From Phyllosticta citribraziliensis (taxonomy: Eukaryota), in the NCBI RefSeq assembly GCF_038025025.1, contig NW_027117345.1, positions 744,001 to 808,000 on the forward strand: a stretch of 64,000 nt of DNA. Reading direction: 5' to 3'. Made by a program: the position numbers and the translations under genes. Below, piece after piece: positions 15,021 to 29,196 of the stretch. How positions within the stretch are numbered: position 1 is the stretch's first letter; every line of letters begins with the position of its first letter. The notes below the pieces were generated by a model that was not told where the DNA came from, ran no database searches, and worked only from the letters and a program-made list of their open reading frames with translations.

Positions 15021-18000
15021 AGTCTTATCCTATACCTATTATATAGTATAGGTAATAGCTTATATAGTCCTTAGTTATATAGAATAGGTATCTATAATTA
15101 GTCTATAGATACTATAAATATTAGCTTTAGTATTAAAATTAAATTATAGCTTATAGCTATAATAAATATAAAAAGAGGAGTAGCTATTAAGGCTCTTATA
15201 TAGTATACTATTAGCTATAAACTAGGTAATAGATAGTAGTAGTTACTAATTATCTTAATAGAACCTAATAAACTATCTTAAATAGTTCTTAAGGTCCTAA
15301 TTAGCTTATTTAGTCTAGCTATTAGTCTAAGGATAATAGCTAGTAGATAGCTTTAGGCTAATACTAATAATATAAGTAAGGCCCTTCTATAAGTAAGAGA
15401 TAAACTAGTTACTATAGTCTAAGATAATAGAGAGAGGGAAACTATATATAGTAAAGATATAGTTTATAAGTATATAAGCTATAGCCTTAGCTATAGTCCT
15501 ATTATTTATAGTATTTATAGTAATAAAGTATTATACTTTACTAAAATAGTTATAAATAACTAGGATAGTATCTATACCCTTATTATATAGTAGTAGGCTA
15601 ATAAAGTCTATAGTAATATACTACTATAGCTATAATAGAATAGGTAGTAGTTAGAACTAGCCTAAAATAGCTAGATAAGTCTTATAAATATATATATAGT
15701 TTAAATAGTTATCTATAACTTAGGATATAAGTAAGATAAGGTAAGAAAACTAAAATTATAGTATTAGGAGGTTATATAGCTAGGTTTAGCTAGGGTAGCT
15801 AGTAAGTAGCTACTTATAGATATAATAGATAAGGAGTAGCTAGAGTATAGTAGGTATAATAAGGTATTTATCTATAAAGATATTATACTACCTATTAATA
15901 GTAAATAGTAAGTCTAGCTTACTAGTATAATACCTCTAGTTATTTATCTTAGTATTATCTATAGTATTAGCTATAAGTAATTACTAGAGTATAAATATAT
16001 TATTATTATTATTATTACTATTTATAGGGGCTAACTCCTAGTCCTTATATATACTAGCTAAAAGCTTACTAGCTAGGAGTAGGGTTTAGTATTATATTTA
16101 CTACTAGGGGTTATTAGTAGTAGGGGTATCCTAAGGATAATAAGTAAGTATATTAGCCTTAATATTAATATAGCCTAGGTAGTATATAATCTTAAAGTTA
16201 TATTCTAAGAGTAGTTTAGCCTAGTAGGCTTAATAATAAGTTAGCTACTTAGTTATAGTAAAGTAGTATAATATCTAGTAATCTATAAATACTATAAATA
16301 GTATCTAGTAGGCCTTAAGATTAGGCTTCTATAACTCTAAGGTATAAATAATAGCTAGGAGCTCCTTATTATAGATAGTATAATTAAGCTTAGCTAGTAC
16401 TATAGTTTTAGAGTAGTATATAATAGGGTAAAGCTATTACTTATTATTATACTAGGAGAGAAGGCCTTTATTAGTCTAATTAGATAAGTCTATTTCTATA
16501 ACTATCTTATAAGCTAGGTTAAAGTAGGTAAGGACTAGTATTATTATAAGGGTATACTTAAGACTATTAAATAATTATTATTTAATATTAGTCTACTACT
16601 AATTAGTACCCTTATATATTAGTTATATTAATAGCCTAGTAGTCTTACTATAGTCCTTAATAAATTACTAGTAGAAATTAGTAGTACTAAGAAAGGACTA
16701 GACCTATTTTACTATTATAGGCTACTCCTAAGATATAATTATATTAATCTTAGAGGGGTCTATATAAATACTATTAATAGAGATAATAATACCTAAAAAT
16801 TAGGTTTTCTAGATATAGAACTTATACTTATTAATATTAACTTATAAACTATACTCCTATAGCTAAGAGAGAACCTCCCTAATATATTATTAGTAATTTA
16901 TAAGTATCTAGCTATAAATAAGGATATTATTAAGATATATAGTAGTATACTTACTAAGATAGTAGAATAGGTACTTATTAATTAACTATTACTAGGTACT
17001 AGGGCTATTAGCTATACTAAAGGGTATAACTAAGTACTTATAGGTACTATAGTAGGTCTAGAATATAAGTAGGTCCTTAGTCTACTAGTCTATAATATAG
17101 ATTTAGTAGAAAGCCTACTTAATATTAAGCTTAGTAATATACTTAGTACCTCTTATCTAGCTAATTATCTTATCTAATAATAAGAGGGGATAGTAGTCCT
17201 TCTTTATAAGTTTATTAAGCTTATAATAATTAATATAGAAATAAATATTACTATTAGGCTTAGCTATAAGTAAAATAGGTAAGGCTATACCTACCTTACT
17301 AGGCTCTAATATACTAAGATTAATACCTACTTAATATTAGCTAACTAGATATTATTAGTATATTAGAGTAGTATATAGCTAAGGTCTTTAGGTTTAGTAC
17401 TATCCTTTAGTTCTATATAGAAATTAGTCTATAGATAGGCTTAAAGGAGTAGGTTAGTATTATAAAATATATCTAAAAGGTTATAATACTTATAAGGGAT
17501 AGTATAATAGAGGTAAGGTTTATTACTACTAGTACTAAAGGCTTATAAGATAGGCTCTAATAAATAAAGTTTAGTATACTCTAAATTATTAATAGGAGTA
17601 AAGGTATAGATAGAGTAAGCTTTAATACTAAGCTATTATTAGTGTAGAACTATATTAAAAGCTATAATTAGTACTATATTAGCTAATAAGCTTACCTAGG
17701 ATTAACTCTATTTATTAAGCTAACTTATAGTCTCCTTAATAATAGAGATATCCTTAGGTACTTAGTAGTAGTATTATAATTAAAAGAGCTCTCTTAGTAG
17801 GCCTACCTTATAATATATTAATTAATATAGCTAGCTAACTTACTTAGTACTAACCTATATAGGAGAGATTAGTAGTTTATTATAGAGAGGTTTACTATAA
17901 TATAAGATCTTAATAGGAGTTATAGTAGTAGGCTATAATAGGGATAAGGTAGTATTATTTATAGATAGTAATAGTAGTAAGGAGTAGTTATTAGATAACT

Positions 18001-20303
18001 AGCTACTAATCTAGAGGAGAGTTATAGTTATAGTTATAGGTAGTAGTATATTAGCTATAGATATAGATAGGTAGACTATACTAGACTATAATATCTAAGA
18101 TAATATTTAAGTAGGTAGTAAAGATTTAATTAGCTTAGAGGCTACCTAAGGCTAAATTAAAATATTCTAGGATTTAGCTAGAAAATTATCTCTTAAATTA
18201 GTACTATACTAATATAATCTACCTAACTTTACTCTACTAATCTTTAATAATATATAGCCTAGATTTAGTATAAAACTAAACTAGTATATATACTCTAAAC
18301 TAATAAATAAATTATATAAAGGACTAATCTAGGTAATTATTATAGAAGCCTATAGATTAAAAAGTATAGAATCCTCCCTATATTCTAAGCTAAATAATAA
18401 CCTAGTTATAAGCTTATAAGTAAGATATTAGGTCTAGCTATAAGTATAGTTACTAATTATCTAGGGCTTATATAACTATTACTTCTAAGTACTAGTAGTA
18501 ATAAGTTTACTCTTAAGGGACTAGCTTATATATAGGCTACTAGTATAACTAGAGTTAATAAGGATATAGATAGGATATAGTAGTATATTAGGATATATAT
18601 AGATATATATAGTATAAGAATAGTAAGAAGGACTAGAAACTCTATTCCCTAATTATATTAAATAATTAATAGCTATTTTATAGGTATTACCTCTTATAGT
18701 AGCTTTATAGGAGGCTACTTATTTCCTAATCTCTTATCTAAGTCTATAATATTACCCCTACTAATAATAATAATACCTAGCTTATCCTTAACTATATCTA
18801 TAAACTTATTAGTAAACTCCTCTATACTAGTAGCTATATAGGTATAAACTAGCTAATAATATATAGGCTTATTATAGGGGTAGTCCTTAATTTAGTACCC
18901 TAGGCTACTATAATACTAATAGCTATAATTATCTAGTATATTAGAATACTCCTATTTAATACTACTAGTAGTATCTTTAATAGTAGGAGTAGTCTAGTAA
19001 GAGGGCCTAGCTAGTATAGCTATATAGAGGGTACCCTTATAGTAGTAGGTTATCTATAGTATTAGTATTATCTTATACTTATAAGCCTAGCTAATATTAG
19101 TAGCCTATCCTAAGATATCTAATAGCTCTATATAGCCCTTTATAATATTAGTAATAATAATATTATAGAGTAGTCTATAGAGCTTATAAATTAACTAATC
19201 CTTAGATATATAGCTATCCTAGCTAGTATAGTAAGCTAATATATAGAATATATATAATAATATCTTAAAAGCTACCCTAGAGCTAGAGATATAATCTATA
19301 ATAGTAAGCTAGGTAATAGTATAGCTTTACTAGTCTATAATACTATATAAGCTATCTAATAAGACCTAGAGAGTATTAGGGTTATTAGAGTTATGCTTAC
19401 TATTATTATTATTAATAATAATAGTAGCTAAAGCAGCCTTACTAGCTAGGTAAGAGTAGATATATATAGCTTAGGCTATATTATTCTAAAACTAGCTACT
19501 ATTAAAGACTAGCTTATCCTTAATACTACTATACTAGATATAGTAGTTATCTAGTATACTATTACTAGACTAGTACTTAGGATTAGTAAATTAGTATTAG
19601 ACCTCTTAGCCTAGTATATTACCCCTATTATAAATTACCTATATAAGCCCTAGGATCTGCTTCTAGAGTTACTAAGTTATTAGTATAATAATAGTAGGTA
19701 GTTTATTATTATTATTACCCTAAGGAGTAATAGGTTAGTTAGATAATAGGCTAGTAGTTAAGGACTACTAGCTAGCTATTAGTATTATCTAAAGAGTAGC
19801 TAATAGTACTATACTATTAGTAGACTAGCTACTCTTAGCTATTATATAGGTTATTAACTATATAATATAATAAGATATTATATCTCTATTACTAATAGGA
19901 CTATCTTAGTCTAGAATCTTACTTATATACCTTATCTAAGGCTATAGACTATAAAAATAATAATACCTAGTACTTCTAGTATATCTAAAACTATAGTATT
20001 TTAACCTAATACCTTATAGGGTATAATTAAAGTAAGAAAACTTATTAGTAAAGGATAGATAATAAGTCTTATCCTCTTATAAGTAGTAAGAGACCTATTA
20101 ATAGTATTATAGTACCTAGTAGAGTAAATTAATATAGACTACTAATAATTAATAGGTAAGGAGTAAGAGTAGTTATTATATAGTCTATATAGAATAACTA
20201 TCTACTCTTAAGCTAACTAGAAGTGGCTAGTATATATAGAAGAAGTAAATACTAAGCACTAGATACTAAGAAATACAAGCTACGCGCGCCCTAGCACGTA
20301 ACA
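15020..20303 (-). mobile_element. Element A2 (family A variant, 3'-truncated)
   Basis: 5' LTR 20105-20303 ending ...cacgtaaca; colinear with A1 ~3128-8389 apart from small indels (extra ~18 bp at ~16261, deletion at ~17325); lacks chromodomain, PPT and 3' LTR. Confidence 0.9.
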
Positions 20304-23300
20304 CGTGTTAATTAGCTAATAGTTAATAATTATAAGGTAGAGTAGTAGGGAGGATATAGAGCTATAGCTAACTTAGCCTATAGTTTACTTAGGTATACAT
20401 ACTACTATATAACTAAGGTTTTAGCTAACCCTATATCTTAGTATCCTTATAGGCCTTATACCTACTCTACTACCTATCTACTCTATCTATATTAATTTAT
20501 CTTACTACCCCTCTCCCCTTTAGGTCCTTAACCTAAGGACTAGCTATTAGGTAGGTATAGTCCCTTTTTATTATTTATCTAATACTAATTTAGGATAGTC
20601 TTAGCTACTCTATTAAATAAGCTATTATTAGTATTCTACTAGGTTATATTAGGTAGATATCCTATCTAATAGACCTAAAACTATAGTATACCTCCCCTTT
20701 ACTTATTTATCTAGGTATCTAGGACCTCCTATATATACTACTCCTCTTTACTCTTATTATTTAGCTCTAGTAGTAGGGGTAGCTCCTATTAACTAGATAG
20801 TAGCCTATTATTATATTAGTATAACTACTCTATATTAAATTAGTTTATAATATAAGAACCTTATAGTAGGTCTAATATTACCTAGTTACCTCTTATAGAG
20901 TCTACTTAATATAGCCCTAGATTAGGCTATCTAAGCTTCTAGGGGTATCTAGTATCTATATACTTTACTTTAATAAAGATAAGGTCATTCTCTTAAATAT
21001 TATAAGTATATTAGTACTTATTAGCTTAGTATACCTATCTCTCCTTTATAAGTATAAGTACTAACTAAGTCTTTAACTTAATATCCTCTATTAGTTTTAC
21101 CTATTCTATAGCTAATACCTTAGCTCTTAACTTCAGTTTTACTTTACTATAATTAAAGCTTATATATAGTTTAAAGCTATAGTATATAAAGAAGGGGGAT
21201 ATACCTATAGATATATTAACTAATATATTAGTTATAAGTTTAGTAATTAGTAGCTATATATCCTAGTTATCTTATCTCTAGTTAATAAAGCTATATAAGT
21301 ACTTCTTAAGCTCTTAGTTAGCTTACTCTATTTAGCTATCTAACTATAGGTAATAGGGAGTTATTAGCTTAGCTATTATCTTTAGTTACTATAGTACCTC
21401 TTTCTATAAGTTAGTAATAAACTATAGGCTATAGTCTAAGATAATAGTCCTTAGTAGGCTATAGAGGCTAAAGACCTACTTAATTATTATTTTAGCTATC
21501 TTAGCTAATCCTATCCTACTATCTTCTATACTATACTTAATATAGTACTTAGATTTACTAAACTAGTTATATACTATAAGGATAGTATTATAACCTTACT
21601 TAGTCTTCTTAAGGCTAGTTATAAAGTCTATAGTAAGGTCCTCCTATAGGTGCTCTCCTACTAGTAATAGTTATAATAGGCTATTTATCTTATTATACTT
21701 CTAGGTATAGCTATAAAGTATATAGTTCTTTATAAGTTAGGTAATTAGCTCCCTTATCTTAGGAAATAATACTAGCTTAATACTATAGGGTATATCCTAG
21801 CTATACCTAGATATCCTATTACTAGCTACTTATATATATACCTAAGTAAGTAGATATATAGGTTATCCTCCTCTAGGATATATAGCCTATTAGCTATATA
21901 TAGTAAGCTATTATAGAGTATATATACTTTATACTCTCTTACTTACTTATAGAGAGAGTCTATCTCTAGTATTATCTTATAGTTATACTATTTAATTACT
22001 TTAATAATATCCTCTAGGTCTACTAGGACTTTAGGGTTCTTTATCTAGGTACTACTATTATCTTTCCTTCTACTAGTTATTAGGTTTACTACGCTAATAG
22101 GAGGTAAGATAGGTAGGAAAGGAGTATTATAGTCTACTCCTCCTTATTTATAGTTACTATTATTATTACTTATAAATTATATTAAGAGAGGGGGAAGTAT
22201 AGAGCTAATAAGTAGTATTAGCTACTTATTCTCTAGCTTTACCTTAGTATACTCTAGGTTATCTTTAATAATATTAGGTTTATTTATAATAGAGTTAGCC
22301 TAGTCCTCCTTTAAGGGTAAGTCCTACTATTTATAAGACTTATCTAACCTCTTAGGGGGGAGTAGCACTTAATACTAGTACTAGTTATAATTATTATTTT
22401 TAGTTACTTAGTCTTATATTTAGTAGGTAAGAGTATTAGCTTTACTATTTACTTTTCTAGGTTAGTAGATAATCTTAAAATAGTATCCTACTAGTTCTTT
22501 ATTCTACTAAATCTAATACTATTAGAGCTTCTTAGTTATTATAAACTACTATAGTATCTAGTAATTAGTATATATAGTAAATAGTCCTAGGTCTACTAAC
22601 TTTAGTTCTAGCTCCTAGGCTTTAAGTACTATAATAATAGCTAATAACTCCTTATTATAGATTATATAGTTTATTTTAGCTAGAGTTATAGTATATAAGA
22701 AGAAGGCTACTAGGTATATTTATCTATTAATCTTCTAAGAGAGGACCCTACTAATATTAATATTAGATATATTAGTTTCTATAATAGTCTTAAGCTTTAG
22801 GTTAAAGTAGTATAATATAGGTATACTTATTATAGTATTCTTAAGAGCCTTAAATACTTACTACTAATCTAGTCCCTATATAAATAGGATATCCTTCCCT
22901 ATTAGCTATATTAGTAGCTTAGCTTTACTACTAAATCTATAGATAAAATACCTATAAAAGTTTATAAATCCTAAGAATAACTAGATATTATATATAGAGT
23001 AGGGGGCTTACTAGCCTATAATTACTTTAATCTTTATAGGGTCTATCCTTAGTCCCTTAGTAGTAATAATTACTCCTAAAAACTTTATTTCTTATATATA
23101 GAAATTATACTTATTGATATCTACTTATAAACCCTAGTTATATAGGCGTTTTAGTACTTTATAGATATATTACTAGTACTCTTTAAGTATCTCACTATAG
23201 ATTAGTATATTATTAAGATATACTATATAGAACTTATTTAGGAACTCTATAAGATACTAATTAATAAGTTATTACTATATAGCAGGCCTGTTTACTATAC

Positions 23301-26300
23301 TAAAAGGTATTACTTTATAGTAGTAAGTACTAAACTTAGTTTAGAATATTATAAGATTATATAAATCTTTATTAACTAGGATATAGTTAAAAGCTTATCT
23401 AATATCTACTTTTATAAGATATTTAGCTCCCTAGATAAGGGTAATAGTTTTATTAATTAGTAGGATAGTATATCTGTCCTTCTTTATTATATTATTAAGT
23501 TATTAGTAGTCTATATAGAACTATACTCCTCCTCTAGGCTTATAGACTAATAAGATAGGAGATAAGATAGATAAATAGCTCTTCTTAATAAAGTCTTTAG
23601 CTTTATTCTTCTAGATATACTATTTTACCTTACTAGCTATTACCTTAGATATATATAATAGCTATTTATACCTAATACTATTAGTATTACTACTTAGTTT
23701 AATCTTAAAGTCTAAACTAGGGTAAGAGGGTAGTAGCTTATTAGATACCTCTTTAGAAAATACCTTAAGTAAGTTATAATACTCTTTTAGTACCTTAGTC
23801 TTTAGGTCTATAGCCTCCTTAGAGTACTTATCTTATTAGAGATTAAGGTCCTTCTAGCTAATATAGTTTATACCTTATTCTTATACCTAATTAATAGCTT
23901 TAGGGTAGTTAGTATTAATAAGGTAGTAGACTATTATCTCTAACCCCCTTTCTTTATCTATAAGTAGGAATATAGTACTATAGGCCTTTAGGCTATACTT
24001 CTTAACTATCTTTTTATATATAGACTAGAAGATAGGGGTAATATCTTTAGTACTATCCTACTTTACCTATATCTTATATAGTAATAGTAATAGAGCCTTA
24101 TATTAGATTATTACTATAATTAATTCTTTACTATAAGTACGCCTAGTATTAGTTTCTATTAGAGAATTCCTACTTTTATCTTAAGTCTTTTAGTTATCTA
24201 GTTCTACTAATAGAACTAGTTAGCCTAGCTACTTATACTCTAATTAGTCTAATTCTACTAGTAGAATTATTTCGTAAGTTTCTTTATTATTTAATTAGCT
24301 AGATTCTACTAGTAGAATACTCTTTAGGATTTTAGATATTATCTATAGTTTTTTATTTTTATAGAGTAATCCTATATTTATATTTACTAGTTATTAAATC
24401 TCTAAGGTACTAGCTCCTATATTAATTATAAAGCTATACTACTTTTAGTACTCCTAGCTAATATATATATTATAATCCTTACTAAGTAGTATAATTATAA
24501 ATAGTATAGAAAGGTTATAGTATAGACCTACCTATAAGTAGAAGTTTAATTAGTATATAAGTTAGTAGCGGTCTTTTCTAGTAAAACCTATTATAATATA
24601 AGGCTTTTCTAGAGGCTACTTATATACTCTATACTAATAGAGATAATTTACTAATAAAGTATTAATATATATATATCCTCTATAACTAGTATCTACTAGT
24701 ACTTAAAGAGGGATAGCTTATCCTATAATATATATATAAATAATATAAGAGTAGGATAAAGAGAGTCTATTACTACTTAATCTATCCTTACCTAAACTAT
24801 TATTTTATATACCCTACTCTATAACTTTAAGTAAGGCTACTTATTTTCTAAGTTAGTATTAATAATATAAATAGACTAGACCTTATGCTTAGTCTTATCT
24901 AGGTAATTATAGGAGATGTAGCCTAGCTTATTATAGTTATAGTACTTTACTATAGATATATTATATTTACTAGTAATATCCTTATCCTTCTCTATATCCT
25001 TATTATCTATATAAGTAGTATTAGTACTAGTACTATTATTACCTTAACTACTATAGAATCCTCTATATCTACTATATCCTCTATAGGAGGTATATCTACT
25101 AGTATATATATTATTATCTCTATTCTTATAAGTCTTAGTACTAAAGGTATAGTTATAGGTAGCCTAAGTATTAATAGTCTCTATAAGGAATAAGATTATA
25201 TTATTAAGAGAGTTATTATATTAAGTAAGTATAAGATAGTAGTTACTTTATAAAAGCTTAACTAATAGGCTTTCCTTTATAGTTATATTATCCTAGCTAG
25301 TAGCTATAATAAGAGACTAGAACTTAATAAGGAACTCTTTTAGTAGGGTTATACTTTATAAGAGAGTACTAAGCTTAGTAATAGTATTACCTTACTTATT
25401 CTTAATACTATATATAGAGTTAAGCTTATACTTTAGTTTAAAGGATAAGATAGTAATAATACTATTCTTTTAGTATCTAATAAAAGCTTTACCTACTTTA
25501 GTAGAGAGGTAGGATAAGATATAGGCTATAACTTTAGTATTATTATCCTAAGTAAGTATATTAAGGTAAAGCTTAGTATTAAGTTTACTATACTAGTCTT
25601 TATATTTATCTAGGTTAGTATTAAACTTATTAGGGTTATAGACTTAAGGCTTAGGGTAGGAGCTACTATTATTAGTAGAGTAAATAGTAGCCTTATTATA
25701 GAGGGCTTTAGTATTATCCTTACTTATAGCTAACTAGTTATAAAGGTTATTAATTACTATATATAAGTTATTAGGCTACTAAGCCTTATACTTATTATAC
25801 TTATTTTAGAGGGCTATTAGTTAGTTTTAGAGTATATTAACCTTAGTTTTATAGTTATAGTAATACTTATCTTTATTATAGTAGTTAGTAATAAGCTAAT
25901 TAAGGACTACCTAGTACTTATTACTCTAGCTATTAGTAATTATTATATTCTTAATACCTCTAAATTTATTAATTATATCCTTTATTAATTTAAGGTCCTT
26001 TATACTAATTATAACTTACTCCTTAGAAGCTATAATATTAATAGGTATAGCTATCTATACTACTTATAGTACTATATCTTATTTTAGTAACCTATCTAGT
26101 TAGTATTATATAGTGACTAGGTTATATATATTATATATATATATAGTAGTTTTAATCTAAACCTACCTAATAGAGTAAAAGAAGAGTTATTAGCTTAAGT
26201 CTTTAGCTAGGATAGAAACCTAGGCTCTTACTTAAGGAGATAATAAAGTAACCTTATAATAATATTATAAAGCAGCTAAATTAGTACCTAAGTAAGGTAT

Positions 26301-26521
26301 ATTAATTAGCTAATAGTTAATAATTATAAGGTAGAGTAGTAGGAAGGATATAGAGCTATAGCTAACTTAGCCTATAGCTTACTTAGGTATATATACTACT
26401 ATATAACTAAGGTTTTAGCTGTTATAATAGGCGTACACGCGCCTATATAAGCACTAAGGCCAGCATAGATAAACCTAGCGTCACGCAGTTATAAGAAGTA
26501 CAAGCCTTACCTTAGGCAGTA

Positions 26522-26580
26522 ACTAGCTACTATAGCCTAGTACTAGCCACTATAGCCTAGTACTAGCCACTATAGCCCTA
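26522..26580 (+). repeat. 20-bp tandem repeat x3 in C LTR (actagccactatagcctagt)
   Basis: Directly visible; repeated in the 3' LTR at ~47449-47507. Confidence 0.85.
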
Positions 26581-29196
26581 GGTAGATATAGTATAATAGC
26601 CTATTAATACCTTACCTTTATAACTTACCTAATAATAACTAAGGACCCTTATATAAAGGATAAGAGGTAGAATAATATAAAGAGAAGGCTAGGGAATATA
26701 TAGGTAGTAAGTATCTTTTATCTTTTATTCTTTTAACTTATTAGATTTAATTAAGATATATATATATTCTCTAGTAGTTTACCTTTAGCCCTTACCTATA
26801 TAATAAGAAATCTATAAGTTATAATAGATATAAAAAATTATTCTAAGTTTTAGCTCTATCCTATTTCTTTACCTATAAAGGTATTATAATATTTAATCTA
26901 AATAATATTATATATAGCTATAATCTTATATAATACTATTTATTACTTTTCTCTAGTAAACCTAAGTTATCTTTATTAGGTATATTAGTATTATCTAAGG
27001 ACTAAGGAGTATTAAGTATATATTAACTATAGAAGTCTTTAGTTAAGGCTATAAGGTAGTATATAAATATCTAGAAGGTATCCTATTTATAACCTACTTA
27101 AGGGATATTTTAAGTAGAAGACTATAAAGATAGTATAGCTAAAAATAAAGCTAATATATCTAATACTACTAAAGGTATTAGTACTAGTCTATCTACCTAA
27201 TAAGACTTATATAAAGGAACTAAAGATTTATATAACTTTAGACCCTTATTAAATAATAATAAAAGGAGAGCTCCTCCTATTCTTCTTTATAATTTCTATA
27301 TAGTTATAGTAGTAGAGATAAAGGAATATACTTAAAACCTAGGACTAACTTATATAATATAAGCTCTAGTTATAGAGGTATTTATAAAGGTACTATATTT
27401 AGATATTAATTAATTTAAATCTAAGATTATATCCTTAAATAAGCCTTAAGTATAGTAGTAATTAAATTATATATAAAGGTAAAACTAGGCTCTTAAGTAA
27501 ATACTCTTAAACTATACTAATAGCCTAAGGGAAGCCTTAAAGGAAGGATATATTAGGCCCTCTTTATCTAACTAGAACTTAAGACCTATTACCCTTTTAT
27601 AAGATCCTTTTATTAATAGGGTAGTAAGGATTCTTAAACCTTTAATTATCTATATAAGGGAAACTACTATTAAAACCTCTATTTCTTCTTTTAATAAGAA
27701 ATATAAGAGTAGGAAGGTTCTTAATCCTTCTCTTTTTATTAATAGAGAAGACCCCTTATATAAATACTAGACTCTTCTTATATAAAATAAAATTAAATAA
27801 AATTATAATTACTTTATTAAAGGTATAGTAGAGGAGACTAAATAGAATATTATAAAATATATTATCTCCTATATTAGTAGAGAAGTCTTATAATACTTAA
27901 TTCCTTTTCTTACTTCTTATATAAAGGCTAATAAAATTACTCTAAATAAGAATATCTTTAAATTCCTAGATAATCTCCTCTAGAGTCTATATAAGTATAA
28001 GGATATAAAGAAGTAGTTATACTTACTTATATACTATATTCCTATAGACCTTTAGAAGTTTTAATCTAACTTTATATAATTAGCCTTAGATATAGATCTT
28101 CTCTAAGAATAATAGAAAGAGGATTTTTATAATATAATAGACCTACTCCTTTAAACCTATATAGTTACTATAGAGTAAGATAAGGATATTAACTTTTATA
28201 AGTACCTTTAAAGAGCCTATTCTATTACTTAAAGTCTTAGTAATTACTAATCTAATTATAGAAAACTAATATTTATCTTATATAAGGAATAAGCTAAGAA
28301 GAGATAATAGGAGAGAGTAAAGATAACTACCTTAGGTAGTATAAGTACTTTATCTTCTAGTTATACTTATATATAATCTATCTTAAGGGCTTCCTTATAT
28401 AATATAATATATAAAAGTAAAGTAGAACTCTATATAAAGATTAGACTATATAATTACTATAGCTAATTTAGCTATTTATAGAGATAATACCTATAACTAG
28501 AGATAAAGGTAATAGAGTTAGTAGAAGAAGAGAGTACTAAGAATATTTATATAAATATAGAAGATTAGTCCTTATTAGAAAATAATAAGACCTAGGTAAA
28601 GTTTCCTATCTTAGGTCTAAACTTAGAGTAATATATATTAAGGGTTCTTATATAAATCTTAATTACTTTATTAGAGGTATATCCTTTACTATATAAACCT
28701 TAATTATATCTAATAGCTATACCTTAGAAATTTATACCCTAGTTAATATTAGTACTAGTAGTATAAGTTTTATTTACCTTAAGCTACTACTAACTCTCTA
28801 GTCTATAGGTACTTTAAAAAAGAGAATAATAGATAATAGGCTTAATATTACTAAGTTTAACTAATATATAAATAAGAAAGTTAATTTTTACTTTTATCTT
28901 TAACTCTATTTCTAAGATTAAATAGTTTCTACTTATAATTTTATTTATAATATTAGCTAGAATAATATAATTCTTAGGTAATAGTTTTTTAACTAGTATA
29001 ATATTCTTCTAGACTATAAATAATATAAATTAGTCTAAAGATAGCTACTAGTTAACTAATCCTTTTAATATCTTTTATACCTACTAAAAGTCTCTATATA
29101 AAGTAATATACTATAGAAAGAATACTAAGTAGATATAGACTATAAAGATAAAAACTTTAATAAGTACCTTCTTCCCTTAGTATAGGTTATTAAGGG

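Noticed and set aside
26522..26580. CRISPR-like repeat array
   Set aside because: Spacer-less tandem 20-mers inside an LTR of a eukaryotic retrotransposon.
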